Shown: positions 17,744 through 27,491 of the stretch, one piece after another
How the letters are laid out: each line of letters opens with the position of its first letter
Position numbering within the stretch: the stretch's first letter is position 1
Position numbers and translations under genes: made by a program
Source of the DNA: Dehalococcoidia bacterium
Lineage (GTDB): Bacteria; Chloroflexota; Dehalococcoidia; Lucifugimonadales; JAGWBF01
Direction: 5' to 3'
Length of the DNA stretch: 64,000 nt
NCBI GenBank assembly: GCA_965116325.1
Contig: OZ220675.1
Coordinates: forward strand, 449,138-513,137
The notes under the pieces: model-generated
Told to the model about the DNA's origin: nothing
Databases searched by the model: none
The model's input: the letters and a program-made list of their open reading frames with translations, nothing else

Positions 17744-17823
17744 ACTTTCAGGGTGAGCCATCTGGAGGTTTCCTCTGGATTGTTTAGAGGCCGGTGCAAC
17801 ACACACCGGTCTCTTTTCATTTT
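17744..17823 (+). ncRNA. candidate small RNA of about 80 nt (orphan promoter-to-terminator unit)
   Basis: The promoter above is followed by a 9-bp hairpin (atctggagg/cctctggat). A terminator follows: an 11-bp stem (agaggccggtg-caacaca-caccggtctct) plus tttcatttt. No credible ORF lies between them. Confidence 0.4.
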
Positions 17824-17879
17824 ACCCGAAAGTTAGAACGGTCGCCATAGGGAACTCTTGTTCGTAGCTCTGAACATCA

Positions 17880-18119
17880 TCAGCCTGTCGGGTCCCTGCC
17901 CTGCTCTATCTGAGCTCGGCGCAGCGCGATAGCATCGTTCAGAAGGTCGGAGTCGGTCTTTTCCAGGATTTCAATGTCTCCCCTGAGAATCGGGTCTGAC
18001 ATCTTGACCTTGTTCTCGGCACGGCGCTTGGCGGTCTGCTTGGGAGCCTGAATCCCGAACACGTAGTACCCAGCTCCCGCGATAGCTGCCACTACAACCA
18101 CGATCAGCAACACTTCCAT
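17880..18119 (-). CDS. small single-pass membrane protein
   Basis: The start is moved to MEVLLIVVVVAAIAGAGYYVF (ATG 18119), with AAGGAGG 7 nt upstream. Confidence 0.5.
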   Translation of the reverse strand: MEVLLIVVVVAAIAGAGYYVFGIQAPKQTAKRRAENKVKMSDPILRGDIEILEKTDSDLLNDAIALRRAQIEQGRDPTG

Positions 18120-18171
18120 CTTCGAACCTCCTTTTTCGGTAGACGGCACGCTTGTTCGTAGCGTCGGCTGG

Positions 18172-19029
18172 TTATTCCCTCTCGGCACAATAGGCTTCGA
18201 CAGGCTGGTACGCTTCGGTGAAGCCGGTCACATCGAACTTGGCCCGGTACCATCCGGCGTCCCCATCGACAGCAACCTCCAGGTGGTCGTGCTGGCCCAA
18301 TGTCTCGATGAACTGACGCTCGGCCGCACGGTTGGCGCTGTACGGAGGGGACAGAAGGTAGCCTATAGCCTCGTGCGTCCTCCAGGTAGAAACGACTGCG
18401 GGGCCCTCGTCCCAAGTGAACTGCACAGATTGATCGCCCTCCAGGGTCACATATGGGGGCAAGTCCAAGGTGACCGATATGTAACGGCTCCGGGGAGGCG
18501 TTGGGGCGAAGCAGGTGACGCCCAATTCCACATCGCCGACCAGATCTGGTGTTTCATAGGCGTCAAGGTTGACCGACATCCACGCGAGGGAGCCAAGGTC
18601 CGCATCGTTTGCGTACCAGTCACCGGTGCCGACTTCTGACGGTTCTGTGACTATACGGGTGACTTCGACTTCACGAGTGACTTCTACCTCGCGAGTGACT
18701 TCTACCTCGCGGGTGACTTCGACCTCACGGGTAGCTTCGACTACACGGGTGATTTCTACGGACACTCCCTGGGGGCCTGCGGGTCCTTGCTCCCCTTGAG
18801 GCCCCTGTGAGCCGGTGTCCCCTTGCGGTCCTTGCCCCCCTGGCAGCCCTGTGGCACCCGGTACACCTTGTTCCCCTGGCTCACCCTGTGGACCTTGTAT
18901 TCCAGGTTCCCCTCGTGCGCCCTGCGGTCCCGCAGGTCCGGGAGGACCTTCGATACATCCCGCTATTGTCACCATCAAAAGTGACATTAGAATGGTTCCT
19001 GTTCCGAGAAACCTCGGTACAATGTACAT
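18172..19029 (-). CDS. collagen-like triple-helix-repeat lipoprotein
   Basis: Lipobox IAGC, then about 20 consecutive G-X-Y triplets ([16 protein letters not shown]...), then a tandem hexapeptide (EVTREV, about 5 copies) and a globular domain of about 150 aa. Confidence 0.75.
   Translation of the reverse strand: MYIVPRFLGTGTILMSLLMVTIAGCIEGPPGPAGPQGARGEPGIQGPQGEPGEQGVPGATGLPGGQGPQGDTGSQGPQGEQGPAGPQGVSVEITRVVEATREVEVTREVEVTREVEVTREVEVTRIVTEPSEVGTGDWYANDADLGSLAWMSVNLDAYETPDLVGDVELGVTCFAPTPPRSRYISVTLDLPPYVTLEGDQSVQFTWDEGPAVVSTWRTHEAIGYLLSPPYSANRAAERQFIETLGQHDHLEVAVDGDAGWYRAKFDVTGFTEAYQPVEAYCAERE
18659..18760. repeat. 18-bp tandem repeat, about 5.5 copies
   Basis: Units of gtgacttc(g/t)acc(t)c(a/g)cg(a/g)g encode the EVTREV repeats of the collagen-like gene. 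Confidence 0.8.
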
Positions 19030-19191
19030 GGTGCCCCCTTGTAAGCGTGCTGGGTCTCACTTGCGACAGCTTCACCCATGATGCTCCAAGGGGGCGCGGG
19101 GGATTCCCAGCACAACCTATAAACATCATAGGGAAACTGTCGCATAGGGAGACTACCACAAGACCGAGGGGATATCCACTAGGAACCGCGC

Positions 19192-19821
19192 ATGTTAGAG
19201 AGCATCATCGGAGCTGTGGTCGGGGGCACCTGCGTGCTGTGCATTGCCAAGCTGCGAAACGTGCCAGCAATCTACCGGTGGCTTAAGGGTGCCGTGTGTG
19301 CCCTATATTGCAGATGCAGGGTGAGGTTTTGGACATGGCGAACAACACCTGTGGTGCGACGCCTGCTTGATGAACGCCGAGGTCTGAGTTTCCTAGCGGA
19401 CTACTACGACGACTTACTCAAGACTCGTGGCAAAGCCATCAATCGGGATTGGGTAGACGCGATGGCTCCCGATGAACCGGCAAGAGTCCGTGATGTCTTT
19501 GTTGCTCAGGCCTTGCATGATCTATGCCAGCGCGGTCAGGTTGTGAAAGCCCGAATGTTTGTCGACTACGTCGTAAGCCCACAGCCCTGGGGCTATAGCT
19601 TCCAACAGCGATGGGCTGGCATAGAGGTCGCTGACCAAGCGCAGGCCATGGAGAATGACAGCGTATGCTATCTCTCGCAGGCCGTATACGGATACTGCCC
19701 AGCAGAGGAACGCTTCAATGGGCCTTATAGTTGGGACCAAAAGCGCGATGCCCTGCCGTGCTCTACCTGTTGGCAAAAAGATGTCCCTGGGGCACAATGG
19801 TGGAGCCCCAGATGGTATTAA
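19192..19821 (+). CDS. hypothetical Cys/Trp-rich protein
   Basis: ORF with an N-terminal hydrophobic helix. I recognise no motif. Confidence 0.4.
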   Translation: MLESIIGAVVGGTCVLCIAKLRNVPAIYRWLKGAVCALYCRCRVRFWTWRTTPVVRRLLDERRGLSFLADYYDDLLKTRGKAINRDWVDAMAPDEPARVRDVFVAQALHDLCQRGQVVKARMFVDYVVSPQPWGYSFQQRWAGIEVADQAQAMENDSVCYLSQAVYGYCPAEERFNGPYSWDQKRDALPCSTCWQKDVPGAQWWSPRWY

Positions 19822-20033
19822 CCGGACTTTTGCACTTCTCTCCCTGGCAGAATGCCCCTTGACTGGGTGAGACCCATTCCCGATAATCGCCTTTGCATTA
19901 CGCCTCCGTCCCTTGGTCTTCGACCATGGTCGCGTTTCATACGCGCATGATGATACCTAGGGCGAAGGGACTTCTTTACTTCGGTCTCTTGGCTGAGCAG
20001 CCTTACGGCGTCTGCTAGGAGGTACACGGCGCA

Positions 20034-21677
20034 TTGGAACTCCACGAGTCGCTGTTTTCCATCGGCATACTCATAGTGGTCGCCAAGCTGATGGAAGGCC
20101 TCTTCAAGCGCTTTGGCCTTAACGCCATCATCGCCTTCATCGCGGCCGGAGTTGTTCTCGGCCCCGCAACCGGACTGGTAGATTCCGGCCCCGGCGTCGA
20201 TGTTGTCCTGGGTCTTGGCATCTTCATATTCTTTTTTCTGATAGGCCTGGAAGAGCTCGACATCAGGGGTTTCCTGGCAGCCGTACGGGGCAGGCTCTTT
20301 CTAGCTTCCGTGCTATCGGTGGCCATTACCCTTGTGGTGTGCCTGGGCGTTACCACAGACGTTCTTTATGACCTCGGCCTGGACCTCGAGCTCACCCAGG
20401 CGCTGGCGCTGGCCGGCGTTCTATCGCTGTCCAGCTTGGGCTTGGTCGCCAAGGTGCTCGTGGACCAGGGACGCCTCCGGGAGCCTGCAGGAGTTCAGAT
20501 CTTCACGGCGGTCGTCATCGCCGAGCTGCTCGCCCTGTTTGTAGTCGGCTTTACGATCAGCGAGCACTTCTACGCAGAGGGAGGGCACACCCTGGACTTC
20601 CTCAGCGTGTTAACCCTCATCGGGCAGATCCTTGGATTCTCGATCATTACATGGGTGCTCTCCACGAAGGTGCTCCCGAAGCTTATCTTTGCCCTGCACC
20701 ATTTCTTGCAGGTCCCCCAGCTCTCCTTCGGACTGCTGCTGGGAGGACTCTTCCTCGTTGTAGTGGGAGCGGAAAACGTGGGACTCCACGGCTCCTTGGG
20801 GGCGCTGCTCTTCGGTGCCGCCCTGTCCACGCTGCCCTACCAGGTGCGTCGGGGCATCATGCCGGGCCTGAGGGGAGCGGCCGAAGGGTTCTTCGTTCCC
20901 CTGTTCTTCGCCTCGGCGGGCCTGCACCTCAGCCTTGCGTTCCTCGACTTGCCTCCGGTGACGATAGCGGCGCTGGTACTGGTGCCACTGGCGGGCAAGT
21001 TCGCCGGCTCGTTCATCAGCGCATACATCACGAGGCTGGAGGCACCCTTTGCAATAGCTTCGGGATTGATGGCAAAGGGAGTGGCGGAGATCGCCCTCTT
21101 GCTGTTGCTGCTTCACAGCGGCGCCATAGGAGAGGGGGTCTTCTCCCTACTGGTGTTGGTCATGTTCGGCTACATACTGCTGACGCCCATGGGTATCGGC
21201 TTCGCCCTTCGTAGGCTCAAGCGTTCCGCGGCCGTCACTCCCCCGGGGCAGGTACCCCCGTCACTGGCCCGTTTCGCTCTGGAAAATGTCAGGGTGAGGG
21301 ATATCCTGGACCGATCTCGGAACTTTCCTGAACACTCCCTTTCCGTCAAGGCCTTTGCAGAAACCTGGCTTCTTCCCGAGCAGCACGACTACGTGGTCGT
21401 GAACAAGGGGAAGCTGGCAGGCATAGTGTCGCTGAGCATGCTGCGCTACTTGCCTCGAAACGAGTGGGAGCACACGACGCTGGGGAGGGTGCTACGCCAG
21501 AATACGCCCCATGCAAATGCCGACGAAATGGTAGAGGATGCCCTGCAGCGGATGATCGAGAACTCCCTGACCGTGCTCCCGGTGGCCGACGAAGAAACGG
21601 GAGACCTGCTGGGCTCAATCAGCAGCCACGAAGTTCTGGAGATGGTGACCCTATCAGCCCAAGGCCAGGAGCTTTAA
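20034..21677 (+). CDS. cation/proton antiporter (CPA2/Kef-type) with C-terminal CBS pair
   Basis: About 12 TM helices with a Na_H_Exchanger-like N-terminus (IVVAKLMEGLFKRFGLNAIIAFIAAGVVLGP), followed by a soluble tail with two CBS-like repeats. Confidence 0.8.
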   Translation: MELHESLFSIGILIVVAKLMEGLFKRFGLNAIIAFIAAGVVLGPATGLVDSGPGVDVVLGLGIFIFFFLIGLEELDIRGFLAAVRGRLFLASVLSVAITLVVCLGVTTDVLYDLGLDLELTQALALAGVLSLSSLGLVAKVLVDQGRLREPAGVQIFTAVVIAELLALFVVGFTISEHFYAEGGHTLDFLSVLTLIGQILGFSIITWVLSTKVLPKLIFALHHFLQVPQLSFGLLLGGLFLVVVGAENVGLHGSLGALLFGAALSTLPYQVRRGIMPGLRGAAEGFFVPLFFASAGLHLSLAFLDLPPVTIAALVLVPLAGKFAGSFISAYITRLEAPFAIASGLMAKGVAEIALLLLLLHSGAIGEGVFSLLVLVMFGYILLTPMGIGFALRRLKRSAAVTPPGQVPPSLARFALENVRVRDILDRSRNFPEHSLSVKAFAETWLLPEQHDYVVVNKGKLAGIVSLSMLRYLPRNEWEHTTLGRVLRQNTPHANADEMVEDALQRMIENSLTVLPVADEETGDLLGSISSHEVLEMVTLSAQGQEL

Positions 21678-21751
21678 GGCCTTAGGCCACTCTGTTCCTG
21701 GTAGATGCGGTCAATCGTATCCAAGGCCCACACTCACGAAGACTGGACGAT

Positions 21752-22996
21752 TCACGAAAGCCATGGGGGATCGCTGAACTGCTCGCTCTCATAGAGCGAA
21801 TACCCCGCTTTACGTAGCTGCTCCCTCACTTCCAAGGTGTGATCATTGTTCCTGGTCTCCAGGGTAAGTTGGATCTCAACCTGGCCCATGTGCACCGATG
21901 GAGCATGCCTGAGGTGTCCTATGTCCAGAACATTGGCCTGGCACTGGGATATGATGTTCAGCAGTCGGTTAAGCTGGCCGGGGCGGTCATCCAGCATGAC
22001 CCTGAACACAAGGTAGCGACCAGCGTGGACCAAGCCGTGTTCCACAACCCTGGCGATCAGGTGGGAGTCCACGTTGCCTCCGCTGAGCACCACCCCTACC
22101 TTCTTGCCCGTGACAGGTATCTTCTCCGCCAGCAGCGCGGCAAGACCAACGGCGCCGGCCCCCTCCACCAGCAGCTTGCTTCTCTCCAGGAGGAGCATCA
22201 TGGCTTGGGTGATCTCCTCTTCCTCAACCACAACCATGTCGTCCACATATTTCAAGACCAGGGGGACCGTGATCTCTCCCGGCGTACCCACAGCAATTCC
22301 ATCAGCCACCGTGGCCCCCTGTCTCACCGAAAGACGCTGGCTGGATTTGTACGAGTTCACGACAGCGGTTGCCGCGGCCGCCTGCACTCCGATTACCTTA
22401 ACTCCGGGGGCTGTCTCTTTTACAGCCAGGGCGATGCCCGATATCAGACCTCCCCCTCCCACGGGAACGATAATCGCATCTAGTTCCTCGGACTGCTCCA
22501 GCATCTCCAGACCGACGGTGCCCTGCCCCGCGATAATGGCTGGATCGTCGAAGGCGGGTATGAATGTCTGGGACTTCTCCTGCATCACACGCCTGGCATT
22601 TTTCTGGGCTTCATCGAAGTCGTCGCCTTCGAGAAGGACCGTGGCCCCGTAACCGCGGGTTGCCTCCACCTTGGGAAGAGAGGCTCCCAAGGGCATTACC
22701 ACTGTGCAGGGGATACCCAGATAGCCCGCTGCCAAGGCGACTCCCTGGGCGTGGTTGCCCGCGCTGGCGGTAATTACGCCTCGCGCCTTCTGCTCCGGGC
22801 TTAAGGCCTCTATCCTGTTGGCAGCGCCCCGGACCTTGAAGGAGCCCGCCCTCTGCAGGTTCTCTGCCTTCAGGCTAAGCTCGCACCCCGCAAGCTGCCC
22901 CAGGGACAGAGCCGGCAGCATCGGCGTCCGAAGCGCCAAGGTTGCGATGGCATTTCGGGCCTGCCGGACAGCTTCAAGAGAGACCGGAGAATCCAT
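21752..22996 (-). CDS. ilvA: threonine ammonia-lyase (threonine dehydratase)
   Basis: PLP lysine motif SFKVRGA, glycine loop GGGGLISG and a C-terminal ACT-like regulatory domain. Confidence 0.85.
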   Translation of the reverse strand: MDSPVSLEAVRQARNAIATLALRTPMLPALSLGQLAGCELSLKAENLQRAGSFKVRGAANRIEALSPEQKARGVITASAGNHAQGVALAAGYLGIPCTVVMPLGASLPKVEATRGYGATVLLEGDDFDEAQKNARRVMQEKSQTFIPAFDDPAIIAGQGTVGLEMLEQSEELDAIIVPVGGGGLISGIALAVKETAPGVKVIGVQAAAATAVVNSYKSSQRLSVRQGATVADGIAVGTPGEITVPLVLKYVDDMVVVEEEEITQAMMLLLERSKLLVEGAGAVGLAALLAEKIPVTGKKVGVVLSGGNVDSHLIARVVEHGLVHAGRYLVFRVMLDDRPGQLNRLLNIISQCQANVLDIGHLRHAPSVHMGQVEIQLTLETRNNDHTLEVREQLRKAGYSLYESEQFSDPPWLS

Positions 22997-23057
22997 CTAA
23001 GACCCACTCCCGGGAAATGTGGCGCCACAATAACTCATCGGCGGTCAGCGATGTTGG

Positions 23058-23657
23058 CTAGCTGCGCTCAAAAAAGTCCAGGTCCACCGCAAAGGCGGTT
23101 GCAAAGGCCAGGGATTGGAAATCATCGTCACGGTGGCCAACGGGCATCTCTACCAGGAAGGTGTCGGCATCGGTGAACATCTCCCGACCCAGACCGCTCC
23201 ACCGCTTGGTTATCCTGCCGACCTCCTGGCCGTTCTGCCTGATCGTAAAAGTGTAGCGTCGGAACACCGAGCCGGTGACCTCGGCAACCGGGTTTCCCGA
23301 CGCATCCTCGATGACCATCCTCCGCTTGAGCAAACCCCACTTGCGGCGAATACCCCCGATGGCCCTTCCGTCGGCGTCGTTAACTCGCAGGTGCATGAAG
23401 AACAAGAAGAAGCCGCGACTCGCTACAAAGATGTCCTGGCCGTTTAGGTCAGCGATGTGCAGGGTCAGCGGGCGATGGCTCTCCAGGAACAGCCTGCTGA
23501 TGGTCCCCGACTCTTCATATGCCAACGCCACAGCCCGGCCGTCCGGCGTCAGCACCTCGTAGCGGTTCCGTGTTTCTATACCTGTGATGGCCTCCAGCCG
23601 TTCGACCTTCTGTCTAACGACGAACCGGCCATCTCCGGATAGGTTCTCTAAAGACAT
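23058..23657 (-). CDS. phospholipid scramblase-family (PLSCR/LURP-one-like) protein
   Basis: 199 aa. The repeated beta-strand pattern resembles the scramblase family as recalled (RFVVRQKVE..NRYEV, RKWGLLKRRMVIEDASGNPVAEV, RYTFTI, ITKRWSG). Confidence 0.55.
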   Translation of the reverse strand: MSLENLSGDGRFVVRQKVERLEAITGIETRNRYEVLTPDGRAVALAYEESGTISRLFLESHRPLTLHIADLNGQDIFVASRGFFLFFMHLRVNDADGRAIGGIRRKWGLLKRRMVIEDASGNPVAEVTGSVFRRYTFTIRQNGQEVGRITKRWSGLGREMFTDADTFLVEMPVGHRDDDFQSLAFATAFAVDLDFFERS

Positions 23658-23783
23658 CGCCTTCTCCTGATTAAGTCTCTTTTTGGGCTGATTCTATCGT
23701 ACACGCTTGACGCCGGTCAGGGGTGTTCCCAAGAGATTTGCATTCACCGGAAAACTTCGTTTCAACCACAGGCCTAGTGTACA

Positions 23784-24695
23784 TCAGCGTCCCCGGGAGA
23801 GCATCCAAGCCATGATCCGGTCATACATGCGGTCGCTGATGAACCGGCGAAAGAGGAGCAGAGGCTTGGCGTATTTGCCGGCGGCGTAGCGGGTCTTCGG
23901 ATGCTTTGCCCGGACCGCCTTGAGTATGGTGTCGGCGATGACCGATGGCGGTGAGCCTGTTGCCTGGCTGGCTTCGGTCCTTTCCCGCATAGCCCGCATC
24001 CCATTTGCGAAGCGCGAGTAGGGTGTGTTCGAGGAGCGTTCCATCGCCGGACCGAAGGCGACGCTGCCGAACTCTGTGTCGATTGCCCCGGGTTGGATGA
24101 TGATGACATCTATGCCGAACTCCCTTAGCTCGAACCTGAGGCAGTCCGACCAGCCTTCCATGGCATGCTTTGTTGAGTGATACCAGGACCCCAGGGGAGT
24201 GTAGATCCTTCCCCCAATTGAAGAGACATTCACGATCTTACCCGATCCCTGCTCCCGCATGTGAGGAAGCACGAGCTGGGTCAGACGGGCCAACCCGAAC
24301 AGGTTCACTTCGAACTGGTACCGGGCCTCATCCAGGGGTATGTCCTCCATTGCGCCGAACAGCCCGAACCCGGCGTTGTTGATGAGGATGTCCACTCCGC
24401 CATGCTCGTTGTTGATTCGGTCCACGCCGGCGACCATGTCATCCTCGTTGGTGACATCCATCTTGAGAACAACAGCCCCGGCTGCCTCCAGGTCTCGCAT
24501 CTTCTCGATCCTGCGTGCAGCAGCGTAAACGATGTAGCCCTCTTGCAGCAGCTTCCTGGCCGTCGCTTCCCCTATGCCAGCAGAGGCGCCCGTAACCAGC
24601 ACGACCTGGCTGGACACGCTGCGTCTCGGCTCTTTTTCCACCTTTCGTCGGATCCAAGGGGAACCCATAGAACCCTCCATGTTGGTCCTGGGCAT
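23784..24695 (-). CDS. short-chain dehydrogenase/reductase
   Basis: TGASAGIG cofactor motif, NNAG, and catalytic YHSTKHA (YxxxK). Confidence 0.85.
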   Translation of the reverse strand: MPRTNMEGSMGSPWIRRKVEKEPRRSVSSQVVLVTGASAGIGEATARKLLQEGYIVYAAARRIEKMRDLEAAGAVVLKMDVTNEDDMVAGVDRINNEHGGVDILINNAGFGLFGAMEDIPLDEARYQFEVNLFGLARLTQLVLPHMREQGSGKIVNVSSIGGRIYTPLGSWYHSTKHAMEGWSDCLRFELREFGIDVIIIQPGAIDTEFGSVAFGPAMERSSNTPYSRFANGMRAMRERTEASQATGSPPSVIADTILKAVRAKHPKTRYAAGKYAKPLLLFRRFISDRMYDRIMAWMLSRGR

Positions 24696-24862
24696 TCTAG
24701 TTGATGAGATACATGGCGTGTCTAGCCCAAACGCCGGCAGCGTACCAAAGGCGCCGGCGCCTCGACAGGTGTGGGATGAGCGGCTGAAACGTAAAGGTTA
24801 CGCCGGCATGTTCAGCGCCTAGAGACCTCCGGATGGGGCGATGACCTGCGGCCCTTTTTCGG

Positions 24863-25726
24863 TCATCGTCGGGGGCGCAGACGCAGCACAGCCAGCCCCA
24901 GAACGGCCAGGAGTGCGCCGGTCCCTGCCATTAGAGCCAATGCCATGGCGGGCGGGGTGTAGCCCCCGGCCCTTGGGGTTTCCACGGGCGTCAGGGTGTA
25001 GAAGATGCCAGCGTAGTAGAGCCTGCTGAGACCCTCGAAACCGGAGTCGGTGCCGACGATCAGCCAGGCCCGTCCTTCGCTGTCCGTGGCCACCGTCAGC
25101 GGCGAGGCGGTGTTGTCCAGGGACTTGATGCGATACTCCCGGTCCTCCACCTCGGGGTGATCCACATCGCCCAGGACTACCATGGACTCGCCTCCCCTGG
25201 CTTGGTTGCCCTTGTCGATGTTCATCCTGAGATACTGGTTGCCGTCTTCCTCGGCCACCGGCTCGAAGGTGGAGGCTCCCCCTTTCACGAAGACGCTCTC
25301 GCCGGGTGAGCCTCCGATCCCCACCAACCCGGACGGCACGTTGGTGGCCAGGTCCACGGACACGGAGACCGCATAAGCTGTGTTGGGCCTGAGACCATCG
25401 ACCTGCCTCTTCAGGAACATGAAGAGGTCGTCGCTCCGGTTGTGCCCCTGCACGTAGATGGCGCTGCCCTCGAGACCGTCGGGAAGGGGGCGATGCTCAT
25501 GACCCAACTCATAGATCGACTGGTCGTAGTCGATGGGGAGGTCGGCGAAACCTACCACCCATCCCTCGGCGTCGCTCTCGAAATCGAAGCGGAACTCAGC
25601 CCGACCGCCATCCTGTGCAAGGGCCGTCAATGGGACGAATAGGATGGCTATGACGATGACTATGGCACTTGCCAACATCCACCGGGTGCGTATGTCATAG
25701 CTGGAAGTCAGGCCTGGGTTCTCCAA
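24863..25726 (-). CDS. secreted protein with C-terminal TM anchor and basic tail
   Basis: N-terminal signal/anchor. The C-terminus PPAMALALMAGTGALLAVLGLAVLRLRPRR resembles a sortase- or exosortase-type sorting signal without a canonical motif. Confidence 0.5.
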   Translation of the reverse strand: MENPGLTSSYDIRTRWMLASAIVIVIAILFVPLTALAQDGGRAEFRFDFESDAEGWVVGFADLPIDYDQSIYELGHEHRPLPDGLEGSAIYVQGHNRSDDLFMFLKRQVDGLRPNTAYAVSVSVDLATNVPSGLVGIGGSPGESVFVKGGASTFEPVAEEDGNQYLRMNIDKGNQARGGESMVVLGDVDHPEVEDREYRIKSLDNTASPLTVATDSEGRAWLIVGTDSGFEGLSRLYYAGIFYTLTPVETPRAGGYTPPAMALALMAGTGALLAVLGLAVLRLRPRR

Positions 25727-25802
25727 TCTATCCTACCTCTTGTTGATTTTCAGGCGTCGAAGGGAGCTGGGTGAAGCAGCCGCTCCTTGTGCCAGCAATG
25801 CA

Positions 25803-27491
25803 TCAAGGCTCTATCAGGCCCTCCTGGGGCATGGTCCAGGGCAAGACGTAGAAGGGCGCGAATTGCGGCGCGCGGGCCACCGGCATATCTCCGAAAGGCA
25901 CATCGATAACGACCGGGGCCTGCCTCTCCAACGCCAGGGGAATCAATCTCTCCAGTTCCACCGGGTCGTCTGCTCTCATGCCGACGGCGCCAAAGGACTC
26001 AGCGAACTTGACGAAATCCGGGTTATGCAGGTCGGTCCCGTAGGACCCGCCAAAGGCATCGTCCAGGTCGCGCGCCACGTTGCCGTAGGAGTCGTTGTTG
26101 AAGACCACGGTCACCAGGTTGATCCCGTATCGGACAGCCGTAGAAAGCTCGGAAGAGTTAAACATGAATCCGCCATCCCCGGTCATGCAGACAACAGGGC
26201 GTTCCGGGCTTGCGACCTTTACTCCCAGGGCCGTCGGGAAGGCGTAACCGAGGTTGAATGAGTAGCCCGAGTCCATATACGTCTTGGGGTGGTTCACCTG
26301 CCAGTGGGTCCGGGCATAGTAGCCGAACTGGGTAACGTCCCAAACTACGAACGCATCCTCAGGGACGCCCCGCCGTATTGCTTCCAGGACAGGGTACTGG
26401 GGTTCCTTGAGCCGGATATCGTAGTAGGCTATCAGTCTGCGCGCAGCGCTTACCGCCTCGACGGGCGACGGGCGGGAGCCTGCTCCGGCGCCGAGGAGGT
26501 GGGGGAGAAGCGCCTCTATGGTCGCCTTGGCATCGCCGTGCAGGGCAATGGTGTTGGGGTGATGCCTTGTGATGTCGGTGTCATCTATGTTTATGTTGAC
26601 CAGCGCGGACCCCGGGCTGGCGGGACAGCCCAGCGAAAAGCGTGCGCCGATTCCTATCACCACATCGGCGGACTGCATCACCTCGTAGAGCTGGTTCATC
26701 TCCTGTCTCTCACCCCTGGGACTGAAGCAGGAGCCGTAGGAGAGGGGATGTTTATCGGGGAGGACACCCTTGCCCCCGCTGGACGTAATGACAGGTATGT
26801 TCGTCGCTTCGCAGAGCTCGACAACGGCGGCCTCAGCATCGGACCGTGCTACGCCTCCTCCTGCATAAATCAGGGGCAGGCTGGAATTGGCGACGACTTG
26901 GGCCGCCTTCTCCAGTGCCTCCCGGTCTGGCACGGTTCTGGGTACATGCACAGGACTCGGCAGCTCGACCTCTTCCTGCTCCACCCCGACTTCCGGCGGC
27001 ATCTCCAGCAGGGTGGGACGGGGACGGCCCGTGCGCATCTGCCGGAAGGCTTCGGACACACCTCCCGGTACTTCGCGAGGCCTCGATGCCTGTCCCTGCC
27101 ACTTGGTCACGGAGCGCACAGCTCCGGCTTGGTCGGCAATTTCATGCACAGCCCCGCGATTCTTGCCAATGGCTCCGCGGGGAATCTGTCCCGCAATGAG
27201 GAGAACGGGTGTGGAGCGGGAGAAGGCGTTGGCCAAGCCCGAAGCGGCGTTGTAGAGGCCGACGCCCGGCACCACCACTGCGACGCCCGGATTGCCCGAC
27301 GCACGGGCATAGCCGTCGGCCATGTACGTGGTCGCCTGTTCGTGGCGTGTGGTGATCATGCGAATGCCCGGCTCATCCCGAATTGCGGCGACAATGCCGT
27401 AAATCTGTATGCCCGGTATGCCGAATACTACCTCGACGCCTTCCCTTGCAAGGGATTTGGCAAGGGCTTCACCTCCGCTCAATTTGACCAA
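25803..27491 (-). CDS. thiamine-diphosphate-dependent enzyme (acetolactate synthase-like family)
   Basis: N-terminal TPP_enzyme_N pattern (GGEALAKSLAREGVEVVFGIPG) and a C-terminal GDGGFMF Mg-TPP motif. Confidence 0.85.
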   Translation of the reverse strand: MVKLSGGEALAKSLAREGVEVVFGIPGIQIYGIVAAIRDEPGIRMITTRHEQATTYMADGYARASGNPGVAVVVPGVGLYNAASGLANAFSRSTPVLLIAGQIPRGAIGKNRGAVHEIADQAGAVRSVTKWQGQASRPREVPGGVSEAFRQMRTGRPRPTLLEMPPEVGVEQEEVELPSPVHVPRTVPDREALEKAAQVVANSSLPLIYAGGGVARSDAEAAVVELCEATNIPVITSSGGKGVLPDKHPLSYGSCFSPRGERQEMNQLYEVMQSADVVIGIGARFSLGCPASPGSALVNINIDDTDITRHHPNTIALHGDAKATIEALLPHLLGAGAGSRPSPVEAVSAARRLIAYYDIRLKEPQYPVLEAIRRGVPEDAFVVWDVTQFGYYARTHWQVNHPKTYMDSGYSFNLGYAFPTALGVKVASPERPVVCMTGDGGFMFNSSELSTAVRYGINLVTVVFNNDSYGNVARDLDDAFGGSYGTDLHNPDFVKFAESFGAVGMRADDPVELERLIPLALERQAPVVIDVPFGDMPVARAPQFAPFYVLPWTMPQEGLIEP

